Source: Methylotenera sp. (GTDB lineage: Bacteria; Pseudomonadota; Gammaproteobacteria; Burkholderiales; Methylophilaceae). Taken from it: a stretch of 54,015 nt of DNA. This document shows positions 30,182 through 40,471 of this stretch, one piece after another. The stretch covers positions 1 to 54,015 of the forward strand of contig JBDNJL010000106.1 of assembly GCA_041687795.1 (NCBI GenBank). The letters are read 5' to 3'. Below the pieces are notes generated by a model. The model was given only the letters and a program-made list of their open reading frames with translations, searched no databases and was not told the DNA's origin. A program made the position numbers and the translations under genes. Each line of letters starts with the position of its first letter. Within the stretch, counting starts at the first letter, position 1.

Positions 30182-31903
30182 TTATTTCTGTGTATAAGCA
30201 GTCCGAATCCAGTCATCATAACGTTCTAGTGTTTTAGTCGGAGAAATAACTAAATCAGCACCTAAAATATTGACTCTAAAATTATCATTTTTGTTGTATT
30301 GCACTTTCGGCATAATCAAGGTTTCTTGATTAGTAATTGAGTAGTCTTTAGGTAAAAACAAGCAAGTAAAACCTCCAGACGGGCTTGTGAACCGACTTTT
30401 GTTATTTCTAAATATGTCGTTATTGTACATATTCGTACTATTTACTATAGCTTTTACCATACTTGATCTTACGTTTTTAGCCTCAACGCAAAAGGCAGAT
30501 CTAGATAAAATTTCTACACCAATGTGTAGCTTATTACCCGAAACTGGTTTTATGCTACGTATAACCCCCACGCGAGTGCCGTACTTTTGTTCTTTAACAG
30601 TTATGCTCACTATCATGCCTAAGCTCACTTCATTGACATGTTTGCTGATGTGCAATCCTAAGCCTATATTACTTTCATCAACAATGTTTGAATAGCCAGC
30701 ACCTAAATCTACGTAAATAATATTAGAGTCGGGGCGCGATTTAACCATTGTATGTGAAGCAAGGCGCTCTTCAAAAGATTTTGACCCTTGGTAAGACTTT
30801 TCACCGCGCTGTACCATCATGTTTTCATATTGCTTAATTTGGTTACAGGTATCTTTAAACCCATAAGCAGTCATAGCGGATTTGACGGTTTTAGTGCGCT
30901 CCTCCATTCTGCGTTGGCGTTTATAGTCGCTACGTGACCATTCTGTTCGCAGTACTTCTAAAGTGCTAATTAAGTATTTGTTATCAATAAACTCATCCAT
31001 TGATGATTGTTTTGACTTAATATTGCATTCGATAGACGTGAGGCATAAATCTATTTTTAAATTCACCGTATCAAAATTCCAATAGCGGCAGCTGTCCTTA
31101 GGCTTAAAGTTCCTAATTCGTTTGGCAGGTGCATTGGTTGCGGTGTCTACATAAAACAGATGTTTTTTCTCGTCATATACGTCATCAATCGTTACTTTAA
31201 TCGCCCATTTAATAAGTAACTTTCTAACTAAATTAATCTGTTGGCGTTTAAAACTAAAGCTTTCTAAACTACCAAGCATACAGATTTTAATATAAGAAGT
31301 GGTGATAGATAGTGCTACAACATCGCTATATAGCTCTATAACCTCAAGATGCAATGAATTTTTAACTGCTATTAAATAAATTTTAGAGATCTCAAGCCAC
31401 ACATTGGCTGGAGCGCTGAGATAGCTGTAATAACGCCATTGAATCATTCTGTTTGCGCTGTACATGGCATGTGCAAGTAGTTTAGCTAGTAAGGGATTGT
31501 CTTTATTAGCGAGTTTTTCTATTAAGTGAACATAAATTAAAAATAATTGACGGTGAAAAGAAAATGTAGAGTAGGACATACGTTCTTCAAGATCTATTGC
31601 AATATTATCAATTTCAATAAAGTGACGTGTAATTTTTTCAACATGGGTGTGTGTTTTTTCATCGACTGAAAAAAGTGCAATTAGATATTGCTCATCATTA
31701 AAAAAATTATTTTTAAAGTCTGCATTCAATTGTTTTGTGGCAAATTCAATGGCGGCAATATCATCTAAGTCTTTTAAGCCAGACATCCACGGCAAAGTAT
31801 CTACCACTTTGGCATGAGAAGCTTTATTAAATATGTTTTTAATGAATTGCATGATGAGTCTGGTTGTTAATATTCTTTTGCTCTCATATTTTAGAAGATG
31901 CAT
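30182..31903 (-). CDS. Large hypothetical protein with PilZ-like motifs (possible FimW-like c-di-GMP receptor)
   Basis: Helical N-terminal part, then RxxxR (QRRMEER) and DxSxxG (DESNIG) followed by beta-rich GVIRSIK...IGVEIL. Real start may be ATG 31852. Confidence 0.55.
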   Translation of the reverse strand: MHLLKYESKRILTTRLIMQFIKNIFNKASHAKVVDTLPWMSGLKDLDDIAAIEFATKQLNADFKNNFFNDEQYLIALFSVDEKTHTHVEKITRHFIEIDNIAIDLEERMSYSTFSFHRQLFLIYVHLIEKLANKDNPLLAKLLAHAMYSANRMIQWRYYSYLSAPANVWLEISKIYLIAVKNSLHLEVIELYSDVVALSITTSYIKICMLGSLESFSFKRQQINLVRKLLIKWAIKVTIDDVYDEKKHLFYVDTATNAPAKRIRNFKPKDSCRYWNFDTVNLKIDLCLTSIECNIKSKQSSMDEFIDNKYLISTLEVLRTEWSRSDYKRQRRMEERTKTVKSAMTAYGFKDTCNQIKQYENMMVQRGEKSYQGSKSFEERLASHTMVKSRPDSNIIYVDLGAGYSNIVDESNIGLGLHISKHVNEVSLGMIVSITVKEQKYGTRVGVIRSIKPVSGNKLHIGVEILSRSAFCVEAKNVRSSMVKAIVNSTNMYNNDIFRNNKSRFTSPSGGFTCLFLPKDYSITNQETLIMPKVQYNKNDNFRVNILGADLVISPTKTLERYDDWIRTAYTQK

Positions 31904-31970
31904 TTAACCACGTTTTTAACCTATGTTTATCAAGTTATTTACGTGCTTAATTACCTACACGTTCGTAGTT

Positions 31971-31987
31971 AAGCAATAGTTGTGCCA
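31971..31987 (-). promoter_or_regulatory. sigma54 (-24/-12) promoter for the PilZ-motif gene
   Basis: Minus strand TGGCACAACTATTGCTT, an exact TGGCAC-N5-TTGCW, about 70 nt upstream of the ORF and correctly oriented. Confidence 0.75.
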
Positions 31988-32163
31988 TTGAAAAAATTGG
32001 TTTGAATGTTAACTAATTTAGCAAACACTATATACATGCGATTAAGTAATTACACTTCATTACGGATTGCACTTAATGTGATTGCATAAAAAATAACATT
32101 GGAATCAAGTGCTAGCAGTGGAGCATGATAAAATGGCACTATCCAATTTTAATGTGATTCAAC

Positions 32164-33576
32164 ATGACCGTTCGTACACGCTTTGCCCCTAGTCCCACAG
32201 GTTTTTTACATATTGGTGGTGCACGCACTGCCCTGTTTTCTTGGGCATTTGCAAGAAAACATGCGGGTGATTTTATTTTGCGTATAGAAGATACTGATGT
32301 AGCTCGTAGCACTCCAGAAGCATTGCAAGCGATTTTAGATGGTATGCAATGGTTAGGTTTGAGCCATGATGAAGGTCCATTTTACCAAATGCAGCGTATG
32401 GAAATGTACAAAAAAATATTACAAACCATGCTTGATAATGGTACGGCATATTATTGTTACTGTAGTAAAGACGAGTTAGAAACGCTGCGTGAATCGCAGA
32501 TGCAACAAAACATTAAGCCACGCTACGATGGCCGTTGGCGACCAGAAACCGGTAAAAATTTACCAACTATGCCACAAGATATTGCTCCAGTCATTCGTTT
32601 TAAAAATCCGCAAACAGGTAATGTAGTTTGGCATGATTTAGTAAAAGGTGAAATTAGCATTGCCAATGATGAGCTTGATGATTTAGTCATTGCGCGATCA
32701 GACGGTACGCCAACTTATAATTTTTGTGTGGTGGTGGATGATAGCGAAATGGGCATTAGCCATGTGATTCGCGGTGATGACCATGTGAACAACACCCCTC
32801 GTCAAATCAATATGTTGCAAGCTTTGGCGGCGTTCGACACTAAAATTAAAGTGCCACAGTACGCGCATCTCTCTATGATCCTTGGCGATGATGGGCAAAA
32901 GCTTTCAAAACGCCACGGCGCTGTGAGCGTAATGCAATACCATGAAGATGGTTATTTGCCAGAAGCCGTGTTGAATTATTTAGCGCGTTTGGGCTGGAGC
33001 CATGGTGATGAAGAAATTTTTAGTATGCAACAATTTTGTGAGTGGGTTGACTTAGATCATATTACGCCGTCTGCCGCACAATTTAATACTGACAAATTAA
33101 AGTGGCTTAATGCGCACTATATTAAATTAGCTACGCCTGAATATTTAGCCACAGACATTACTAAACGTTTGGCTAAGTTAAATGTTGATATAGCTTCTAG
33201 GCCAAATTCTCAACCTAATCTAGATGCTGTCATTCATTTATATAAAGAGCGCGCTAACACCTTAAATGAGTTGGCTCTTAGCATTGCATATTTCTTTCAA
33301 AAACCAGTGATTGATATCGCTGCGACTGAAAAGCATTTAACGGATGATATTAAACCCATAATATCTGCCCTTAAAAGCACGTTAAGTAAGGTTGAGTGGC
33401 AAGCTGAAAATATTCATGAAGCAATTAATGCTACGGTCACAAAATATCAATTGAAATTCCCTAAAGTTGCGATGCCGCTAAGAGTGCTTATTACTGGCAT
33501 TGCACAATCGCCAAGTATTGATCAAGTAATGGCATTGTTAGGTAAAGAAGAAGTGTTGGCACGCATTAGCTTGTAA
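32164..33576 (+). CDS. gltX: Glutamate--tRNA ligase
   Basis: RFAPSPTGFLHIGG, RIEDTD, KLSKR. Confidence 0.97.
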   Translation: MTVRTRFAPSPTGFLHIGGARTALFSWAFARKHAGDFILRIEDTDVARSTPEALQAILDGMQWLGLSHDEGPFYQMQRMEMYKKILQTMLDNGTAYYCYCSKDELETLRESQMQQNIKPRYDGRWRPETGKNLPTMPQDIAPVIRFKNPQTGNVVWHDLVKGEISIANDELDDLVIARSDGTPTYNFCVVVDDSEMGISHVIRGDDHVNNTPRQINMLQALAAFDTKIKVPQYAHLSMILGDDGQKLSKRHGAVSVMQYHEDGYLPEAVLNYLARLGWSHGDEEIFSMQQFCEWVDLDHITPSAAQFNTDKLKWLNAHYIKLATPEYLATDITKRLAKLNVDIASRPNSQPNLDAVIHLYKERANTLNELALSIAYFFQKPVIDIAATEKHLTDDIKPIISALKSTLSKVEWQAENIHEAINATVTKYQLKFPKVAMPLRVLITGIAQSPSIDQVMALLGKEEVLARISL

Positions 33577-33803
33577 ATAATTGCTTTAAAAGTTTATTAG
33601 CTATTGAAGTTTATTAATTTAGCCACACTTATTAAATAATATTGCACTATATTCAAAGTGCTAATTTATTTCTTTGCATAGATTTACATCTTAATGCAGA
33701 CTAAACAGAACAAATTGACTTGTTGCAAGTCACAGCTAGGGTAGTATCAACAATAGTGTGGGTGTTAGTAATTTTTATCTAACTCCAAACAATAGGAGAC
33801 ATC

Positions 33804-34040
33804 ATGAATCAAAAGGGGCAAATGTTACAAGACCCATTCCTTAACGCGCTTCGCAAAGAGCACGTTGCCGTTTCAATTTACCTCGTCAATGGTATTAAAT
33901 TACAAGGCCAGGTAGACTCTTTCGATCAATACGTAATTTTGCTAAAAAATACCGTGACGCAAATGGTTTACAAACATGCTATTTCAACTATTGTACCTGC
34001 GCGAGCAGTGACTATTCCACTCACCGAAGGTGATGAATAG
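33804..34040 (+). CDS. hfq: RNA chaperone Hfq
   Basis: [12 protein letters not shown]...[11 protein letters not shown]; AGGAG SD. Confidence 0.98.
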   Translation: MNQKGQMLQDPFLNALRKEHVAVSIYLVNGIKLQGQVDSFDQYVILLKNTVTQMVYKHAISTIVPARAVTIPLTEGDE

Positions 34041-34043
34041 CCT

Positions 34044-35180
34044 TTGAAAGATTTGTTTGAAAGACCAAATGGTGGCGAAGCTGCCGTTATGGTAAGCGTA
34101 GATTTTGGCGACAGCGATTATGATGAAAGCTTAAATGAGTTGCGCCAACTATCAATGAGTGCTGGGCTGTCGGTGCGTGGAACGATAGAAGGCAAACGGA
34201 TTGTACCTGACGCAAAACATTTTATTGGTAGCGGGAAAGCCAATGAACTAGCGCAAATGATGCAAGCGAGCGAAGCCAACGTAGCAGTATTTAATCATGA
34301 CTTAACGCCCTCGCAACAACGCAATTTAGAGCGCCTTTTGCAAGCCCGTGTAGTAGATAGAACGGGTTTAATTCTAGATATATTTAGCCAGCGTGCGCAA
34401 AGTCATGAAGGTAAATTGCAAGTTGAGCTTGCTCAACTTGCACATTTGTCCACTAGATTGGTGCGCGGCTGGACTCACTTAGAGCGCCAAAAAGGCGGTA
34501 TTGGCGTGCGTGGTGGACCAGGTGAAACTCAGCTTGAGCTAGATCGTCGTATGTTGCGTGTGCGTGTTAAACAATTACGTGAAAAATTGGTTAAACTCAA
34601 AGCACAGCGTGGCATGCAAAGGCGTGCACGTAAGCGTTCTAGCGTAATGACTGTATCGTTAGTCGGTTATACAAATGCTGGAAAATCTACCGTATTTAAC
34701 CGCATGACTAAATCGAATATTTTCGCGGCTGATCAATTATTTGCAACACTTGATACCACTACTCACAAGATTTATATTCCGGATTGTGGCGAGGTGGTCT
34801 TGTCAGATACCGTGGGATTTATTAAGCACTTGCCGCATGCGCTGGTGGAAGCGTTTAGCGCCACGCTTGAAGAAGCTGTGCAAGCTGATTTGCTGTTACA
34901 TATTGTGGATACCGCGAGTACTAACCGTGATGAACAAATCGCTCAAGTGAACAAAGTGTTGTTAGAAATTGGCGCAGCGAATGTGCCGCAAATCTTAATT
35001 CATAATCAAATAGATAGAGTAGGGCTTGAGCCGTCGTTGAGTCGTGATGAATATGGTAAAATCGACACGATTCATGTATCGGCCAAAACAGGCGAGGGCT
35101 TTGATTTACTTAGGCAAGCCATGGCAGAGCATTATAAGCGTTTGCAGTATTTAATGACTGAAGAAAGCAGTTACGCATAA
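34044..35180 (+). CDS. hflX: Ribosome-splitting GTPase HflX
   Basis: GPGETQLE, GYTNAGKS, DQLFATLD, DTVGF; TTG start. Confidence 0.96.
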   Translation: MKDLFERPNGGEAAVMVSVDFGDSDYDESLNELRQLSMSAGLSVRGTIEGKRIVPDAKHFIGSGKANELAQMMQASEANVAVFNHDLTPSQQRNLERLLQARVVDRTGLILDIFSQRAQSHEGKLQVELAQLAHLSTRLVRGWTHLERQKGGIGVRGGPGETQLELDRRMLRVRVKQLREKLVKLKAQRGMQRRARKRSSVMTVSLVGYTNAGKSTVFNRMTKSNIFAADQLFATLDTTTHKIYIPDCGEVVLSDTVGFIKHLPHALVEAFSATLEEAVQADLLLHIVDTASTNRDEQIAQVNKVLLEIGAANVPQILIHNQIDRVGLEPSLSRDEYGKIDTIHVSAKTGEGFDLLRQAMAEHYKRLQYLMTEESSYA

Positions 35181-35190
35181 TGTTACTTAA

Positions 35191-35220
35191 AAATGTGTCT
35201 GTAAAAAACGGTTAAGTTTT
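35191..35220 (+). repeat. Dispersed 30-bp repeat, copy 8
   Basis: AAATGTGTCTGTAAAAAACGGTTAAGTTTT, 10 nt after the hflX stop. Confidence 0.95.
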
Positions 35221-35329
35221 TTTATATTAAAATGTAATAAACGTTGAGTTTATTTCTTCTAAACAGCAATTTACTTAAGTTTTTTAAAATAACTAATAAG
35301 TTTCAAAAATTAATTTAATGGAGTCTTGA

Positions 35330-36511
35330 ATGATTAAATTTCCGGGATGGTGGCAACGTAATGACGAAGGGCCACCAGATTTAGACCAAGTGATGCGCGA
35401 TTTGAGCCGAAAAATAAACGCTTTGTTTGGCAAAGGAGGTGGTAATGGTACTCAAAAACCAGGCGGAATACGCCCCAATCCCGCTAATCTTCCAGTACTG
35501 CCTATTGTTGCTGTGGTTGTACTAATTTGGTTTGGTACGGGTTTTTATATTGTCGATCAAGGTTCGCTTGGTGTTGTACAACGTTTTGGACTTTACAATG
35601 AAACTACAGAATCTGGCCCACGATGGCATTTACCTTATCCGATTGAGACCGTTACTGTAGTCAATATGGAGCAAGTGCGTAGGCTTGAAGTTGGATACAG
35701 AACCAACGGCGAAGGTACTGGCAGCAAGACAAAGCAACCTAAAGAAGCTTTAATGTTAACCGAAGATGAAAACATTATTGATTTGCAGTTTGCTGTGCAA
35801 TACAACCTAAAAAACGCGAAAGAATATTTGTTTAATAATCGCGATACCGATGCTGCCGTGATGTCGGCTGCTGAAACTGCTATTCGTGAAGAAGTCGGTA
35901 AGAATAAACTAGACGATTTATTGCAAAAAGGTTTGCAAGATACATCTGCGCGCATGCAAGTTATTTTAGACAGTTATAAAGCTGGCGTGAATATTATCAG
36001 CGTGACGCAACAAGGTGCGCAACCGCCAGAACAAGTGCAAGAGGCATTTGAGGATGTGAACCGTGCAAACCAAGATAATCAGCGCTTAATTAACGAAGGC
36101 CAAGCCTATGCAAACGATGTGATTCCAAAAGCGCGTGGTACAGCTTCACGTTTGCTTGCAGAAGCTGCTGGTTATAAGTTAAAAGTAGAAAGTGAAGCAA
36201 AAGGTAATGCGAGCCGTTTTGATCAGATTTTGGTGCAATATACCAAAGCGCCAGAAGTGACGCGTCAACGTTTATTCTTAGATGCACAAGAGAATATTTT
36301 ATCTAGCGTCAGTAAAATTATAGTGGACCAGAAAGCGGGGAACAATCTGCTTTATTTACCGTTAGATCAGTTGATTAAATCTAATGGCGCAAATGTACCC
36401 ATTCAATCACAATCTTTACAGTCATTAAATCCGCAGGCGGCACCTGCAGAAACTGCTGATACTGACCGTTCACGCGAGGCTTTTAGAAGCCGCGACCGTG
36501 AGAGTAGATAG
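35330..36511 (+). CDS. hflK: FtsH modulator HflK
   Basis: GPPDLD, SPFH domain, MLTEDENI, APEVTRQRL. Confidence 0.95.
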   Translation: MIKFPGWWQRNDEGPPDLDQVMRDLSRKINALFGKGGGNGTQKPGGIRPNPANLPVLPIVAVVVLIWFGTGFYIVDQGSLGVVQRFGLYNETTESGPRWHLPYPIETVTVVNMEQVRRLEVGYRTNGEGTGSKTKQPKEALMLTEDENIIDLQFAVQYNLKNAKEYLFNNRDTDAAVMSAAETAIREEVGKNKLDDLLQKGLQDTSARMQVILDSYKAGVNIISVTQQGAQPPEQVQEAFEDVNRANQDNQRLINEGQAYANDVIPKARGTASRLLAEAAGYKLKVESEAKGNASRFDQILVQYTKAPEVTRQRLFLDAQENILSSVSKIIVDQKAGNNLLYLPLDQLIKSNGANVPIQSQSLQSLNPQAAPAETADTDRSREAFRSRDRESR

Positions 36512-36522
36512 ATTAAGGACTA

Positions 36523-37398
36523 ATGATGAAAAACTTAAGTAATATTATAATCGCTGTACTGGTTGCAATCGTATTGCTATCTTCGTCAGCATTTACAGTA
36601 AGCCAAACGCAGTTTGTATTGGTTAAGCGTTTGGGTGAAATTGTTGACGTGAAGAAAAAGCCTGGCCTATATTTTAAACTGCCATTGGTGGATGACTTAA
36701 AGTACTTTGATAACCGCATTATCACGCTTGATTCTGACCAGCCTGCAAAGCTTATCACGAGTGAAAATAAGTACATGATGGTTGATTCATTTGTTAAATG
36801 GCGCATTATTGACCCATCAAAATATTATGTTTCAATCAGAGAAGGTGGTGAAGCTGCTGCTGAAGACCGTTTATCCAAAGTTGTGAATGCTGGCTTACGT
36901 TCAGAATTTGGCCGCCGTACTGTGCATGATGTAATTGCAGGTGAGCGAATTGCTATTATGGATAACTTGCGTAAAAAAGCAGATATTGATGCGAGACAAA
37001 TGGGTATTCAAGTAGTGGATGTTCGTTTGAAACGTGTGGATTATTCTGACGATATTAGCAAATCTGTCTATGACCGTATGATTTCTGAACGTAAACGTAT
37101 TGCTAACCAGCTACGCTCTGAAGGTTCTGCAGCTTCTGAAAAAATTAGAGCTGATGCGGATAAACAACGTGAAGTGATTATTGCTGAAGCTTTCCGCGAC
37201 GCGCAAAAAACTAAGGGTGAAGGCGATGCGACCGCCGCATCAATTTACAGTGAGTCTTACAGTAGAAACCCAGAGTTTTACGCGTTTTATCGTAGTACAG
37301 AAGCGTATAAAAATAGCTTTAAGAGTAAATCTGACATCATGATCTTAGATCCAAGTTCAGACTTCTTTAAATACATGCGTAGTCCAGCCAAAAAATAG
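36523..37398 (+). CDS. hflC: FtsH modulator HflC
   Basis: N-terminal TM, VYDRMISER, PEFYAFYRS. Confidence 0.95.
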   Translation: MMKNLSNIIIAVLVAIVLLSSSAFTVSQTQFVLVKRLGEIVDVKKKPGLYFKLPLVDDLKYFDNRIITLDSDQPAKLITSENKYMMVDSFVKWRIIDPSKYYVSIREGGEAAAEDRLSKVVNAGLRSEFGRRTVHDVIAGERIAIMDNLRKKADIDARQMGIQVVDVRLKRVDYSDDISKSVYDRMISERKRIANQLRSEGSAASEKIRADADKQREVIIAEAFRDAQKTKGEGDATAASIYSESYSRNPEFYAFYRSTEAYKNSFKSKSDIMILDPSSDFFKYMRSPAKK

Positions 37399-37427
37399 TA
37401 CCTGGTTAGTATTTATAAAGCTTTTAA

Positions 37428-37616
37428 ATGATAAACACAACGCTACTCACCGCGCTAGGCTTAATGCTGGTAATAGAAGGCTTTTTGCCTTTAGTGGTAC
37501 CGCAAGTTTGGCGCGAAACTTTTACCCGTATGGTAAAGCTCAAAGACGGACAACTACGTTTCGTGGGATTAATTTCAATCATTGGCGGCGCCTTACTTAT
37601 TTGGCTAAGTAAATAG
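37428..37616 (+). CDS. DUF2065 (YjeT-like) small membrane protein
   Basis: ALGLMLVIEG...QLRFVGL; canonical position after hflC. Confidence 0.88.
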   Translation: MINTTLLTALGLMLVIEGFLPLVVPQVWRETFTRMVKLKDGQLRFVGLISIIGGALLIWLSK

Positions 37617-37630
37617 TACTTACTTAGCCA
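37602..37630 (+). terminator. 11-bp hairpin over the DUF2065 stop, possible terminator
   Basis: TGGCTAAGTAA-ATAGTAC-TTACTTAGCCA followed by TTTAT. Confidence 0.5.
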
Positions 37631-37658
37631 TTTATCATTTAAAATATTACTTTTAAAA

Positions 37659-37688
37659 AAATGTGTCTGTAAAAAACTGTTAAGTTTT
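37659..37688 (+). repeat. Dispersed 30-bp repeat, copy 9
   Basis: AAATGTGTCTGTAAAAAACTGTTAAGTTTT, between DUF2065 and hisZ. Confidence 0.95.
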
Positions 37689-37789
37689 TTACCTAAATAA
37701 GGCAAAACCGTTAAGTTTGTCAGCATTGCCGTGATTAAAGCCTTAATACAGGGCATTAATCATCACTAAAATGGAATAAGCGACTAAAG

Positions 37790-38965
37790 ATGCGCAATTG
37801 GTTACTTCCCGAATATATTGAAGATGTGTTACCCGCAGAAGCTGCGCGTATTGAGCTATTGCGCCGTAAGTTATTAGATTTGTTTGCCGTGCACGGCTAT
37901 CAATATGTAATTCCACCTATGTTGGAATACATGGAGTCGCTAATTACTGGCGTGGGACATGATTTAGATTTAGCGACTTTTAAAGTGGTTGATCAGATTA
38001 CTGGACGCTTAATGGGTGTGCGTGCAGATATGACCCCACAAGCTGCGCGTATTGATGCACACTTATTGAATCATCAAGGTGTGACGCGCTTATGCTATGC
38101 AGGTAGCGTGTTGCGCACAAAACCTGATGGTTTGGCGTTAACACGTGAGCCATTGCAATTGGGGGCAGAGTTATACGGTCACGCAGGTGTTGAAAGTGAT
38201 ATTGAAATTCAAAAGTTACTGATGAATGCGCTACATACTATTGGTATTGAATCTGTACATATTGATTTTAGCCATGTAAATATTTTTGGCAGCTTGATTG
38301 AAGCAAGCAATATTGACGCTCAACTTGAGCAAGATTTATTTGCCGCATTACAAAGTAAAGATAAAACGTTAGTAGCATTCTTAGCAAAAGATTTAGATAA
38401 AACCACGCAAACAGCTTTAATTCATTTAACTGACTTACATGGTGATGAGACTATTTTAGAAAAAGCTGAATCAGTGTTACCAAGAACACCAGCGATTCAA
38501 TCTGCCATCGCCAGCTTACGTCATGCGGCTCAAGCGTTAACAAGCTTAAATGTCACCGTTAGTTTTGATTTTAGCGAACTACGTGGTTATCACTACCACA
38601 GCGGTATTGTGTTTGCTGCCTATGCTCAAGGCTACAAAGGACCATTAGCCTTGGGTGGTCGTTATGATGAAGTTGGCAAGGCATTTGGCCGTGCAAGGCC
38701 AGCAACGGGTTTTAGCTTGGATTTACGAGGTATTGTCACAGCACTTTTGCCTGCAACACCAAGCATGGCAATTTTTGCACCAGCGTGCGCTGAGGAATCA
38801 ACGGGTTGCGATGCAAGCTTAGAAGCAAAAATTGACACATTACGCTCTGAAGGGCATATTGTGGTGCAAGCCTTAGCGAACAGCAAAAGCGACTTTGCTG
38901 AACTTAATTGTGACCGCAAACTTGAACATTACCATTCCGGCTGGCATGTTGTTGCAATTAAATAA
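37790..38965 (+). CDS. hisZ: ATP phosphoribosyltransferase regulatory subunit
   Basis: WLLPEYIEDVLP, RADMTPQAARIDAH, GGRYD, RPATGFS; upstream of purA. Confidence 0.95.
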   Translation: MRNWLLPEYIEDVLPAEAARIELLRRKLLDLFAVHGYQYVIPPMLEYMESLITGVGHDLDLATFKVVDQITGRLMGVRADMTPQAARIDAHLLNHQGVTRLCYAGSVLRTKPDGLALTREPLQLGAELYGHAGVESDIEIQKLLMNALHTIGIESVHIDFSHVNIFGSLIEASNIDAQLEQDLFAALQSKDKTLVAFLAKDLDKTTQTALIHLTDLHGDETILEKAESVLPRTPAIQSAIASLRHAAQALTSLNVTVSFDFSELRGYHYHSGIVFAAYAQGYKGPLALGGRYDEVGKAFGRARPATGFSLDLRGIVTALLPATPSMAIFAPACAEESTGCDASLEAKIDTLRSEGHIVVQALANSKSDFAELNCDRKLEHYHSGWHVVAIK

Positions 38966-38974
38966 CAAGCCGCA

Positions 38975-39004
38975 AAATGTGTCTGCTAAAAACCGTTAAG
39001 TTTT
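38975..39004 (+). repeat. Dispersed 30-bp repeat, copy 10
   Basis: AAATGTGTCTGCTAAAAACCGTTAAGTTTT, 9 nt after the hisZ stop. Confidence 0.93.
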
Positions 39005-39100
39005 TTTGCAGACATCGTTTTAAACGTTAAATGTCGTACATTAAATAATTCAATTATTATCAATAATCATTAAAAGTAAATTAGTTAGGCAAATCAGGTT

Positions 39101-40450
39101 ATGGCAAATCAGGCAACTCAATCTCCAGCTGCAAAAAACGTCGTTGTCATCGGTACACAATGGGGCGATGAAGGCAAAGGTAAAATTGTGGATTGGTTGA
39201 CCGATCATGCGCAAGGTGTTGTTCGCTTTCAAGGCGGGCATAACGCAGGACATACATTGGTGGTTGGACAGGGTGATGCACAGCGTATTTATAAGTTAAA
39301 TTTAGTGCCATCTGGCATTGTGCGCACAGGGGTCAATTGTTACATTGGTAATGGTGTAGTACTAGATGCAGGGCATTTACTCAAAGAAATTTCTGCCTTA
39401 GAGCGCGACGGTTTAGAAGTTAAAAATCGTCTAAAGGTGAGCCCTGGTTGTCCACTTATTTTAGATTATCACGTACGCTTAGATGTGGCGCGCGAGCTTA
39501 AACGCGGCGCAGATAAAAAAATTGGTACGACTGGCAAAGGCATCGGCCCAACCTATGAAGATAAAGTTGCGCGTCGAGCTTTACGTCTTTATGATTTATT
39601 TTATCCAGAACAATTTAGCGAAAAATTGCGCGATGCATTAGATTACCATAACTTTGTACTTACACAGTATTTAGGTGCAGAGGCCGTTGATTTTAATCAA
39701 CAATTAGATTCTGCTTTGCAAAAAGCTGAGCATATTAAACCCATGGTAGCCGATATCTCTGCAGCGCTATACGCTGCAAACGCGGCAGGCCAAAATTTGC
39801 TGTTTGAAGGCGCGCAAGGCACATTGCTAGATGTTGACCACGGCACTTATCCTTATGTCACTTCCAGCAACTGTGTATCAGGTCAAGCCGCCGCTGGAAC
39901 GGGTGTTGGTCCAAACATGCTGCACTACGTTTTGGGTATTACCAAAGCCTACACCACGCGAGTCGGCGGCGGGCCTTTTCCTAGTGAACTAGATATTGAA
40001 ACAGAGCACTGTCCAGGTAACCAAATGTCGGTTAAAGGTCAAGAAATTGGCACGGTCACTAAGCGTAAACGTCGTTGCGGTTGGTTTGATGCGGCTGCAT
40101 TACGTCGTTCAGCAAAAATTAATGGTTTAACGGGTTTATGTATCACTAAACTCGACGTGTTAGACGGGATTAAAGAACTCAACATTTGCACTGGCTACGA
40201 GCTTGATGGCACATTATTAGACTTATTGCCTATTGGCGCTGATGATGTTGCGCGTTGCAAACCGATTTACGAAACGGTGCCAGGTTGGTCTGGCAATACA
40301 TTTGGCGTAAAAACTTGGGATGACCTACCTAGAGCAGCGCAAGGGTATTTAACGCGTTTAGAAGCGCTTTGTGGTGTGCCAATTGCAATTGTTTCTACAG
40401 GCCCAGAGCGCGACGAAACCATTGTGCTACAACATCCGTTTAACGCATAG
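39101..40450 (+). CDS. purA: Adenylosuccinate synthetase
   Basis: [30 protein letters not shown]. Confidence 0.98.
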   Translation: MANQATQSPAAKNVVVIGTQWGDEGKGKIVDWLTDHAQGVVRFQGGHNAGHTLVVGQGDAQRIYKLNLVPSGIVRTGVNCYIGNGVVLDAGHLLKEISALERDGLEVKNRLKVSPGCPLILDYHVRLDVARELKRGADKKIGTTGKGIGPTYEDKVARRALRLYDLFYPEQFSEKLRDALDYHNFVLTQYLGAEAVDFNQQLDSALQKAEHIKPMVADISAALYAANAAGQNLLFEGAQGTLLDVDHGTYPYVTSSNCVSGQAAAGTGVGPNMLHYVLGITKAYTTRVGGGPFPSELDIETEHCPGNQMSVKGQEIGTVTKRKRRCGWFDAAALRRSAKINGLTGLCITKLDVLDGIKELNICTGYELDGTLLDLLPIGADDVARCKPIYETVPGWSGNTFGVKTWDDLPRAAQGYLTRLEALCGVPIAIVSTGPERDETIVLQHPFNA

Positions 40451-40471
40451 ATTAACGTTTTAAATTTAAAT

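Noticed and set aside
32004-32032. Possible degenerate 14th repeat copy (GTTAACTAATTTAGCAAACAC)
   Set aside because: Wrong spacing and too many mismatches to distinguish from AT-rich background.
33577-33803. tRNA genes after gltX
   Set aside because: Gap is AT-rich with no cloverleaf, GTTCGA T-loop or CCA-ended stem.
2852-34046. Five TTG start codons (rlmN, ispG, ZIP, tetR, hflX) as a regulatory system
   Set aside because: Starts are unverified and TTG starts are unremarkable in AT-rich genomes; no shared context.
37424-37756. 110-aa minus-strand ORF spanning repeat copy 9
   Set aside because: Antisense shadow of the DUF2065 gene with no recognisable domain; the repeat happens to be open in that frame.
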